13,445 nt of DNA from a virus. Taxonomy: Duplodnaviria > Heunggongvirae > Uroviricota > Caudoviricetes. Location of the stretch: the IMG/VR virus record IMGVR_UViG_2654587686_000016, one strand, 5' to 3'. The notes under the pieces were generated by a model that worked only from the letters and a program-made list of their open reading frames with translations, made no database searches and was not told the origin of the DNA. Positions 1-6,758 of the stretch are shown here, piece by piece. The position numbers and the translations under genes were made by a program. How positions within the stretch are numbered: the first letter of the stretch is position 1; every line of letters starts with the position of its first letter.

Positions 1-282
1 CAGCAGGATCCCCGCGTTATTCGGGATATACGGAAGCAGTTTTTTGGCAATATGTAAGCCCTGGCCGACACAGCCGTACTGCCCTTTGCTCAGGTCTGCC
101 TTCGGATGATTCAGCGTACTCATATCCTGCACATCATGCAGGCAGTGGTCGGCCGGAATAATATCGTTATATCTGCAGGCAGCCCCACCCGGCGTCACTG
201 TACTGCGGCGCGCCAGCTGTTTAATGCGCGGATCCGGAGCATCGTATGAATCCGGCAGCGGAAGCCCTTCACCGTAAGCCAT
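1..282 (-). CDS. Partial phage gene (N-terminal ~94 codons; continues beyond the window start), function unknown
   Basis: ATG at 282-280 on the - strand opens a frame (MAYGEGLPLPDSYDAPDPRIKQLARR...) that runs to position 1 without a stop. Its start overlaps the stop of the upstream DUF968-like gene by 14 nt, and codon usage is E. coli-like. No clear SD, so translation may be coupled. Confidence 0.4.
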   Translation of the reverse strand, partial: MAYGEGLPLPDSYDAPDPRIKQLARRSTVTPGGAACRYNDIIPADHCLHDVQDMSTLNHPKADLSKGQYGCVGQGLHIAKKLLPYIPNNAGILL

Positions 283-1306
283 GGCATTGGACTGCCCGGC
301 CATTACGGCACAGCGGAATAACAAACAAATCATCAGCCTTTGTTCCCATCCCTCCCAGTCCATGACCAATGATGTGATGCGGATCATCTGCCTGATTACC
401 ACACGTCATGCATTTCTGCGTTTTTACCCAACGCGTGTATACAGGCATCTCTTCCCGTCGTGGTTTCTGGCGCTGGAGATACTGAGCCGGTGACTCCGGA
501 TCAACGGCAATGCTTACCACCGTCTTTTCCTGTGGCGGGTTTTGCTGGTGGGCGTGAGGCAGTAGCGCAATATTTTTTGTGCGCTGCTTCAGCATGCTGG
601 TGGCGGTCTGCTCTCCCGGCACGATGTCGCTCTCGCGGTATACTGAGCGAATTTTTTCCGCGCGTAATCCCAGTGAACGACGTAACACCGTCTCCGGTAG
701 TGCGTCCGCTACGTTATTTATGGTTGCCCACCAGGATAATTCAGCCAGCGATAATTCCCGCTCCTGCGTGCCATTCATTGCGTGGCGGATGACATCAATC
801 ATCCATGCTGACAGGTTTTGGTGAGCAAGCTGCCCGAGTGATTCGGAAGTCTGGTTACGCAGCTGGTTGTCGCAGTGCCAGCACAACACCATCGCGCCGG
901 TACCGTAACGATGTATGACGGTTTCACTGTGATGGTAGTCACCATGAGGCCACTGGCAGGATTTAATGTGGCGTAACAGCCAGTCAGACAATGCACCAGC
1001 ACCACCAGCAGCACGAATCACCCGCTCATCGCTGAAAAATGGCAGTAATGATTTATCCTCCGCCAGCGGCTGGCGAACAGCAGGAACGACTCCGGACGGC
1101 AGACCGCGCATGCTTTTCGGTTCCGGCTCCACCAGAACTCGAGGGTTATGAAATACCTGCATGGATTCACGGCCCGGTTTTAGCACCACCAGCCCAAGTT
1201 CCGGTACCGGAACAGGTCGAAGTAATACCCGCACGTTACCTCCAGATGCGTTGCTGGAATGTGCGGGACGGACGCGGTGGGCGTTCGGAATAAGGGAGCC
1301 TGACAT
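269..1306 (-). CDS. DUF968/YdfU-like lambdoid prophage protein with a C-terminal Cys/His cluster
   Basis: 345-aa ORF, similar in length to K-12 Qin YdfU (349 aa, from memory). C-terminus CMTCGNQADDPHHIIGHG...CRNGRAVQCH looks like a metal-binding motif. An alternative GTG start at 1234 has a strong SD (GGAGGT 4-5 nt upstream) and would remove the 71-nt overlap with the upstream ORF, giving 321 aa. Confidence 0.7.
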   Translation of the reverse strand: MSGSLIPNAHRVRPAHSSNASGGNVRVLLRPVPVPELGLVVLKPGRESMQVFHNPRVLVEPEPKSMRGLPSGVVPAVRQPLAEDKSLLPFFSDERVIRAAGGAGALSDWLLRHIKSCQWPHGDYHHSETVIHRYGTGAMVLCWHCDNQLRNQTSESLGQLAHQNLSAWMIDVIRHAMNGTQERELSLAELSWWATINNVADALPETVLRRSLGLRAEKIRSVYRESDIVPGEQTATSMLKQRTKNIALLPHAHQQNPPQEKTVVSIAVDPESPAQYLQRQKPRREEMPVYTRWVKTQKCMTCGNQADDPHHIIGHGLGGMGTKADDLFVIPLCRNGRAVQCHGLR

Positions 1307-1508
1307 AGATTATCCAGTGACGATAATCGAGGCTGAGGGCTTTCTTAATCTCGTATCCGCGTCTGCGGTAGTTATGAATTAGCCATTCGGCCTGTTCTTC
1401 AGTACATGGTGGGTGTTGGTACCAGTCGGTTTTAAATGCGTGTGAACGCCGCCCATGCCGGATGGCAAGGTCGGTATCAGAATTGTGAAATTTGGTTTTG
1501 TGCACCAT
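1236..1508 (-). CDS. Small phage protein (90 aa), function unknown
   Basis: ORF in the same orientation as the hok/DUF968 string; stop TAA at 1238-1236 lies immediately before the candidate GTG start of the DUF968 gene. Basic, Trp/Tyr-rich sequence. Confidence 0.5.
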   Translation of the reverse strand: MVHKTKFHNSDTDLAIRHGRRSHAFKTDWYQHPPCTEEQAEWLIHNYRRRGYEIKKALSLDYRHWIIYVRLPYSERPPRPSRTFQQRIWR

Positions 1509-1577
1509 CTGTTTTCTCTGCTGGCGCAGCAGGTGTCAGGTGTTCAGGCTGACGTGCGAATTGTAAACCAGAATGCC

Positions 1578-1607
1578 AGGAAAAAACAAAACCCGCCGAA
1601 GCGGGTT
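1578..1607 (-). terminator. Rho-independent terminator at the 3' end of the hok transcript
   Basis: On the - strand: stem ACCCGC / GCGGGT with loop (1591-1606), followed by UUUUGUUUUUUCC. A second hairpin, GGCGAGGGA...TCCCTCGCC at about 1640-1665, matches the fold-back 3' element expected of hok mRNAs. Confidence 0.7.
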
Positions 1608-1675
1608 AAGTGCGGGTGCGTTGAGGATGCCTGACTCATCAGAGGTGGCGAGGGATTTCTCCCTCGCCTGGTCTC

Positions 1676-1831
1676 TTACTCCTCAGGTTCGTAAGCTGTG
1701 AAGACAGCGACCTCCGTCTGGCCGGTTCGGATTCGTACCTCGCAGAGGTCTTTCCTCGTTACCAGTGCCGTCACTATGACGGTTAAACAGATGACGATCA
1801 GGGCGATTAACATCGCCTTTTGCTGCTTCAT
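1676..1831 (-). CDS. hok: Hok-family type I toxin (51 aa, HokD/RelF-like)
   Basis: Translation MKQQKAMLIALIVICLTVIVTALVTRKDLCEVRIRTGQTEVAVFTAYEPEE matches the Hok/RelF sequence as I remember it: a single TM helix and conserved Cys. SD AAGGAG lies 8 nt upstream of the ATG. The 70-aa ORF in the track is an in-frame over-extension. Confidence 0.85.
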   Translation of the reverse strand: MKQQKAMLIALIVICLTVIVTALVTRKDLCEVRIRTGQTEVAVFTAYEPEE

Positions 1832-2010
1832 AGCCTGCTTCTCCTTGCCTTTCGGCACGTAAGAGGCTAACCTACATGTGCAAAGCATGAAATTGGCCTC
1901 AGATTAATGTTAAGCGTCTTGCCGGACGCGTAATGTTAACTGGGGCTTTTCTCTATCTGCCTTTTGGTGTTCATGCCTGAGGCAGATAGCCTCAAGCACC
2001 CGCAGCAATT
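1832..2010 (-). promoter_or_regulatory. hok mRNA 5' leader with hok-like structural elements; expected location of the overlapping mok frame and the antisense sok RNA (+ strand)
   Basis: The - strand leader contains CTTGAGGCTATCTGCCTCAGG (a tac-like stem) and TAGCCTCTTAC...CAAGGAGAAG just upstream of the hok ATG, resembling canonical hok leaders from memory. The sok promoter and exact RNA ends are not mapped. Confidence 0.45.
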
Positions 2011-2388
2011 CTAACTATCCAATAGATCAATGCCAACCTCTTTTCCTGCAACATCTCTCATCAGAAGTGACCCAAATTCATCCAATCAGCACAAAAGAAA
2101 CATTTAAAGCGTGAATGCTACCGAACGTTCATTTCAATTACATCGTTTTGATTTTTAACAGTTTTCACCTCAACAAATCAAATGGCATTAGCATTCATCA
2201 TGGAAGAAAGACTGATAAAAATGATCATTTTCAATGACTTATGATCACATCGGGTATTGCCAAGTCATTCCTTTTACGCCAGGATACCCACAAGTGAGTA
2301 GTCGAGGAGAGTTTGCCAATTTTTGCGATATAAATTTCAATGTCCGAAGAACCATTAATTGTTAATTGATTCTGTATAAGGTATTAAC

Positions 2389-3486
2389 ATGACAATTTCA
2401 TATATTCCTATTCTGAAAGCGAAACGTTCTGAGTTATCAGCTTTATCGCAGCTATCCATTGAAAAGAAATCAAAAATTTTGCCATTACTCGAAATTGAAC
2501 CAGTGCCAATTGACCCTGATTCAGGTATTGCCTTAAAGAGTTATAACGAGACTCTTATAGAGTTCGGAAAGAAAGTCTCAAAATCTTGCTCAGATATGCA
2601 AGGTGTTTATATTGATGGATTATTAATTGAAGAGCATTTTATTTCTCCTGAAGATCATTACCCTATAATAAATGCGGTTAATCAAGTTAGAGATATGGAG
2701 ATAAGAGTTATTCCTGTCAGTTCACCAACTCGCCCATCTAACTATAAAAGAGCGATTGATGAATTAATGCAGAATGAAATATGCTTGAGATTAACCACGT
2801 TAGATCTGGTTAACCCACAATTAATAACGCATTACATTAATCATCTGGGAATTCCTTTATCAAATATTGATATAATTATTGACTTAAGAGATGAGTTAAC
2901 CGAGGATAAAATTAATTCCGGCGAACTATATACTTTGGCAATGGGATTGATAAACAATCTGGCGCACCTCAATGAATACAGAAAAGTGATTCTTTCTGGG
3001 GGTTCATTTCCTACAGATCTCAGTGATATTTCTGTTGGTCTATATTCTCAACCTCGAATCGAGTGGATTTTATGGCAGAGTTTAATGAATAGAAAAGAAC
3101 TTGCCAGAAATGTGATTTATAGTGATTATGGAGTACAGCACCCCGACTTTAATAGGCTTTCGACGCGATTCCCTAGCGTATCTGCCAGCGTCAGATACTC
3201 TGGAGATAATGACTTTTGGGTATTTCGAGGAAGAGTAGCTAATCGCTTTGGTTATGAACAATATGGTAAACATAGTGAGGATATTCTTGCTCATCGAGAA
3301 TATTCAGGGCCTACATTCTGTGCGGGAGATAGAGACATAGAATATTATGCAAACGAGTATCAAGCCTACAAAGCCAATCCCTCTGGTAACTATAAATTTG
3401 GTAGCCCAGAGGTATGGCGTAGGATTGGGCAAAACCATCACATAACTAAGGTTGTTGAGCAACTCGCCACTCTTTACGGGCTTTAA
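2389..3486 (+). CDS. Uncharacterised 365-aa protein, gene A of an AT-rich accessory cassette
   Basis: Long uninterrupted ORF at about 33-35% GC (counted on two 60-nt samples), with a weak SD (AAGG) 9 nt upstream. Hydrophilic, with no TM segment and no catalytic motif I can name. Preceded by a ~500-bp AT-rich ORF-free region. Confidence 0.8.
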   Translation: MTISYIPILKAKRSELSALSQLSIEKKSKILPLLEIEPVPIDPDSGIALKSYNETLIEFGKKVSKSCSDMQGVYIDGLLIEEHFISPEDHYPIINAVNQVRDMEIRVIPVSSPTRPSNYKRAIDELMQNEICLRLTTLDLVNPQLITHYINHLGIPLSNIDIIIDLRDELTEDKINSGELYTLAMGLINNLAHLNEYRKVILSGGSFPTDLSDISVGLYSQPRIEWILWQSLMNRKELARNVIYSDYGVQHPDFNRLSTRFPSVSASVRYSGDNDFWVFRGRVANRFGYEQYGKHSEDILAHREYSGPTFCAGDRDIEYYANEYQAYKANPSGNYKFGSPEVWRRIGQNHHITKVVEQLATLYGL

Positions 3487-4024
3487 GTTTAACTCGAACA
3501 GCTTCACGAAGCTCGCCAACATCCATACTATTGGCGAGTTTTGACCATAAGACGCGTTTAGGTTTATTTTTCAAATTCTGTAGCTCCCCTACATCACTTA
3601 ATAGGGAAAGCAATTCATCTTTCCAAAGAAGCATTGTTAAGGAAAGTTTGTCCACTTGTGGATTCAACTTGCTAGTTCGAATTGTTTTTAAATGGATACC
3701 TTGCCGTGCACCTTGCGTAACTTGCTTTATCCCCCACCATGATGGAACTATGCTTAAAGCATCATAAAGATGGCAATCAGAGACAACCAAAGTTACTTTA
3801 TCCATCACTGATGAGTAATGTTGCACCTGCGCTGGTAATCTGAGCAAGTTATCACTCTTGCTCTTCAACTCATAACCATGTATAAGCCCATTGATCACTG
3901 CTATATCAGCTCTGCTAGCCCCTAGATTCATCGTAAACTCATCAATGATTAGGGTGTCAGGATCTTTATGATGATCTCTCAGAATCTTGGCATGCACAGC
4001 CTTTCTTACATCAATGTCTCTCAT
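3446..4024 (-). CDS. Uncharacterised 192-aa protein with a PD-(D/E)xK-like nuclease signature, gene B of the AT-rich cassette
   Basis: ORF convergent with gene A, overlapping it by 41 nt at the 3' ends. Motif E29 ... RA-D40-IAVI ... GY-E52-L-K54 fits the D-x(n)-(D/E)xK pattern of a hydrophobic beta-strand followed by ExK. GC roughly 37-40% on two 60-nt samples. Confidence 0.75.
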   Translation of the reverse strand: MRDIDVRKAVHAKILRDHHKDPDTLIIDEFTMNLGASRADIAVINGLIHGYELKSKSDNLLRLPAQVQHYSSVMDKVTLVVSDCHLYDALSIVPSWWGIKQVTQGARQGIHLKTIRTSKLNPQVDKLSLTMLLWKDELLSLLSDVGELQNLKNKPKRVLWSKLANSMDVGELREAVRVKLKARKEWRVAQQP

Positions 4025-4329
4025 ACCATAGTTGCGCTTTCATCGACTCTCTCAAGCCATGATTCTATATCATGGTTCGCATGAATGCCATTTGATATGA
4101 CCAGTGGTTAAACATTGCACAGAAAAGTGGATGTGTATTTTAACAAAAGCAATGACGGCTAACCATGTTGGTATGTCGATAAAATGTTTCAACGTAAGCA
4201 TTATCTGTTCCGCCCTTTCAGACGGCCTCCTGATGTTCTGAGGGTGCAGAATCCCTCCGGTTAAGGGTTTAATAAAAATCGTTTCTGATTTAAATCTTCA
4301 GTATTTAGTTGTTAGTCGGTTTATAGCCT

Positions 4330-4641
4330 TTATGCTTCGGCCTTATTTCTCAGCCATACACAAACCGGGCCATCTTCGGTGTCATGTATTGAACCAATAA
4401 ACCATCCATTGCCCTCTGGTCGTTCCGGTTCCCATGCAGAAATATCAGCATCACACGCATCAAGGTCAGCACATCCTTCATCTCTGAAGCAGAGGACGTA
4501 TTGAAGATTATTTTCCTCCATCCAGGCGTTAAACTCTTCCGTTGAAATATATTCCCGACCGTCACAGAATTTTTCATATTCAGGATGCGTCCAGCAGCCA
4601 TATTCATCACGTACTACTGGTATTTCTTTAATTTCATTCAT
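4330..4641 (-). CDS. Hypothetical phage protein (103 aa), acidic and Cys-containing
   Basis: ORF in the leftward early operon; its start overlaps the stop of the upstream 84-aa ORF by 8 nt, consistent with operon packing. Confidence 0.6.
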   Translation of the reverse strand: MNEIKEIPVVRDEYGCWTHPEYEKFCDGREYISTEEFNAWMEENNLQYVLCFRDEGCADLDACDADISAWEPERPEGNGWFIGSIHDTEDGPVCVWLRNKAEA

Positions 4642-4888
4642 TTCTGTTCTCCCACGTTTTCAGACTTTCACCACAGAACGGACAAAATGAAACCCGAACT
4701 GGTAATTTAGAAAATTCACCGGAACGCAACATCACAAAATCAGGACCGCGAGTTAAACTCTCATTCCAGATTTTGTATATCAGCAGACCTTTTCGCATCG
4801 TGTATTCAGCATCATGCTCAAGGGACTTTGCCAGTGCTGCACATGGTTCTATCTTGTTGCCATTAACCTGGCATTTTGATTCACTCAC
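4634..4888 (-). CDS. Hypothetical phage protein (84 aa) with a C-terminal CPFCG zinc-ribbon-like motif
   Basis: ORF with a 4-nt overlap (ATGA on the - strand) with the upstream 140-aa gene; contains Cys pairs C6/C16 and C69/C72. Confidence 0.55.
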   Translation of the reverse strand: MSESKCQVNGNKIEPCAALAKSLEHDAEYTMRKGLLIYKIWNESLTRGPDFVMLRSGEFSKLPVRVSFCPFCGESLKTWENRNE

Positions 4889-5307
4889 CGCACCACCTCC
4901 TCAAAATTCCCCTGATAAAACGCCAGTACGCGCTGCATAACTTCGCTCTTCCGGCACTCGAGACAGATTATGTTCAGACGCCTGTCGTAGCGACGTATTT
5001 CTCCGTCAGGTAATGACCAGATAAGGTCCGGATCAACCGCAGATGGTTTCTTCAGCTTTGCCCTTGAGAGCTTTTTACGGGCATTTTGCCAGTCCTTACG
5101 CGCCTGTTCAGACGGGAATAACCCGTAACCAGAGTTGTATACATCGCCACTGGCAACCAGCTCTCTGGCCAGAACGCTCATCAGATATCTTGTTGCCCCA
5201 GTTTTAGTTTCCAGTTGTCGTAACGTCTCGCGCCCACTCTGGCGTACGAGTTCAACAACCTGCCCTTTAATTTTCTCCTGCTCTTCTTGTGTAAAAACTT
5301 TTGCCAC
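4885..5307 (-). CDS. Hypothetical phage protein (140 aa), possible HTH-containing replication-associated protein
   Basis: ORF immediately downstream of the replication initiator-like gene in the same operon. The N-terminal segment ETLRQLETKTGATRYLMSVLARELV looks helix-turn-helix-like. Confidence 0.55.
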   Translation of the reverse strand: MAKVFTQEEQEKIKGQVVELVRQSGRETLRQLETKTGATRYLMSVLARELVASGDVYNSGYGLFPSEQARKDWQNARKKLSRAKLKKPSAVDPDLIWSLPDGEIRRYDRRLNIICLECRKSEVMQRVLAFYQGNFEEVVR

Positions 5308-5347
5308 AAGCCCTCCTGAAAATTACCTCATGACCAGAAATTAACAC

Positions 5348-6325
5348 TTACCCCCTGAAGCCCGGCGGAATTTCAGTGTCCGGTTCAGAAATGTGATTCA
5401 CGCAACGCTGCGCAGGCGAACGCCCCAGGCGGATAACCAGTTCATCCCATTTTTCCCGGAGTTTTGCCGGACTCATGATGTTTTTTACCCAGAACGAATC
5501 CCGCTGGAGACGCCCAAACATTTCACAAATTTGTCTGTGAGTTCTGCCATCCAGCATCCGCATTGTGCGAACGTCATTGGCCCATGCTGTCCAGTTGGGT
5601 TCTTTCGGTCTAGTGATCTCGCCATCATCGCTGGCCGCCTGCTCGTAAAGACTCACGATTCGTCCCCAGATCCACTGTGCGCACACCAAATCTTCCTGAC
5701 TTCCCCACTGGCGTTTTTTCGCACTGAACACAACCGCGTCAGGGTGTCGGGTTAAAAAATCCTGTTCAGCCGTCTGCGGGTCCGGTTGCGAAGCGTCCGG
5801 ACAAGAAGATCTTTTATCTGACGGATCAGGTTTTAATACTGACGGATCGGGGTCAATCATCGCCCCCCTAATCGGCAGTTTTTTATCAACAGTTGATCCA
5901 TCAAAATTTGACGGGTCAACCGTTGAGGGGTCAATATTTGACGGGTCAACTGTTAACGGGTCATTTTTTGCCGGGCTAATTTTTCTTTTTGGTTTATATG
6001 ACTCACGCGCCGCCGCCGCAGCTGCTTCGAGTTTTTCCACATTAAGCCGATAGATATTGCTTACATTACGCCCACCGACCTTACGCTCTTCCTTCGTCAG
6101 CCAGCCCTCTTTCGCCAGTTCTGCAATAGCCGATTTCACTGTGGATTCACTTCTTGCACCGATCTGACGCCGGATAGTTTCAATGGCAGGCCATGACACG
6201 CCCTCGTCATTGCTGTAGTCTGCAAGACGGGCCATAACCGCCACCCTGGATAAGATCATGCCGGTGAAGGCGCACCCTTCCCAGACAAGACCATGAAGCT
6301 TGCTGCTCATAAAACCCCCGAACAC
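5348..6325 (-). CDS. Replication initiator-like protein (lambda O analogue): N-terminal winged-HTH, central 5-aa repeats encoded by the iterons
   Basis: Occupies the position after the cro-like and ydaT-like genes. N-terminus is HTH-like (SRVAVMARLADYSNDEG...TVKSAIAELAKEGWL). The internal repeat DPSNIDPSTVDPSNFDGSTVD corresponds to 15-bp tandem DNA repeats. The ORF starts at a GTG; an ATG at 6310 with a GGGGG SD 5 nt upstream is the more likely start. Confidence 0.75.
   Translation of the reverse strand: MFGGFMSSKLHGLVWEGCAFTGMILSRVAVMARLADYSNDEGVSWPAIETIRRQIGARSESTVKSAIAELAKEGWLTKEERKVGGRNVSNIYRLNVEKLEAAAAAARESYKPKRKISPAKNDPLTVDPSNIDPSTVDPSNFDGSTVDKKLPIRGAMIDPDPSVLKPDPSDKRSSCPDASQPDPQTAEQDFLTRHPDAVVFSAKKRQWGSQEDLVCAQWIWGRIVSLYEQAASDDGEITRPKEPNWTAWANDVRTMRMLDGRTHRQICEMFGRLQRDSFWVKNIMSPAKLREKWDELVIRLGRSPAQRCVNHISEPDTEIPPGFRG
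5820..5965. repeat. Iteron array (candidate phage replication origin) inside the replication initiator gene
   Basis: Four 15-bp tandem repeats start at 5910, 5925, 5940 and 5955 (GACGGGTCAAC / GAGGGGTCAAT / GACGGGTCAAC / AACGGGTCATT), with two degenerate copies at 5820 and 5841. An AT-rich tract follows at 5961-6000 (TCATTTTTTGCCGGGCTAATTTTTCTTTTTGGTTTATATG). Confidence 0.6.
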
Positions 6326-6332
6326 CGTGCTT

Positions 6333-6758
6333 TTAGTGCATCACCACAGCATTCCCTGCCGGGCCGCCGCGATTCATCTGGTCATACAAAACAACCGCTG
6401 ACGCAACAAAATCATCGACATCCTTCACCAGCCGATCCCTCCGTTCGACGATCTCACGGTAATATTCAGAACTGTGGCTGCGCATACGGGCCACCAGCAA
6501 AGGCGGCATCGCCTTTTCGATCGCCGGTAACAGAGCCTGCATTTTTTCAACAGCATCAGGGGTGTCTTTATCCAGCCAACGGAAAATTTTCTGGGTATTA
6601 CGGGCCAGGGCTTCCGGATGGCTGTCGTCGTACAGTTCAGGGAACGTCATCCCCAGTTCGAAATAAGTCCGGGCTATTTCAGCTGCAGGAACTTTCTCAC
6701 CATCAGGGTATGCCCAGGCATTCATCGCCATGCGGATGTGCTCATGTTTGATTTTCAT
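6333..6758 (-). CDS. ydaT: YdaT-like protein (141 aa)
   Basis: Second gene of the operon divergent from the repressor, overlapping the upstream cro-like gene by 17 nt. Length matches K-12 Rac YdaT (about 140 aa, from memory), with SD GAGG upstream. Confidence 0.7.
   Translation of the reverse strand: MKIKHEHIRMAMNAWAYPDGEKVPAAEIARTYFELGMTFPELYDDSHPEALARNTQKIFRWLDKDTPDAVEKMQALLPAIEKAMPPLLVARMRSHSSEYYREIVERRDRLVKDVDDFVASAVVLYDQMNRGGPAGNAVVMH

Noticed and set aside
1-282. Calling the partial left-edge gene a Q-type late antiterminator
   Set aside because: Its position after a DUF968 gene suggests it, but the visible 94 residues do not match the Q sequences I remember, so it is reported only as a partial gene of unknown function.
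1676-1888. 70-aa extended version of the hok ORF
   Set aside because: Hok-family toxins are about 50 aa; the internal ATG at 1831 has a strong AAGGAG RBS, and the upstream in-frame extension lies in the mRNA leader.
5910-5969. Tandem repeats considered as a possible CRISPR-like or minisatellite array
   Set aside because: Repeats are 15 bp with no spacers, lie in frame within a coding sequence and are followed by an AT-rich tract; this is the classic layout of origin iterons, not CRISPR.
6293-6751. 152-aa ORF on the + strand
   Set aside because: Entirely antisense to the ydaT-like gene; Pro/Ser/His-rich composition typical of a GC-rich antisense frame.
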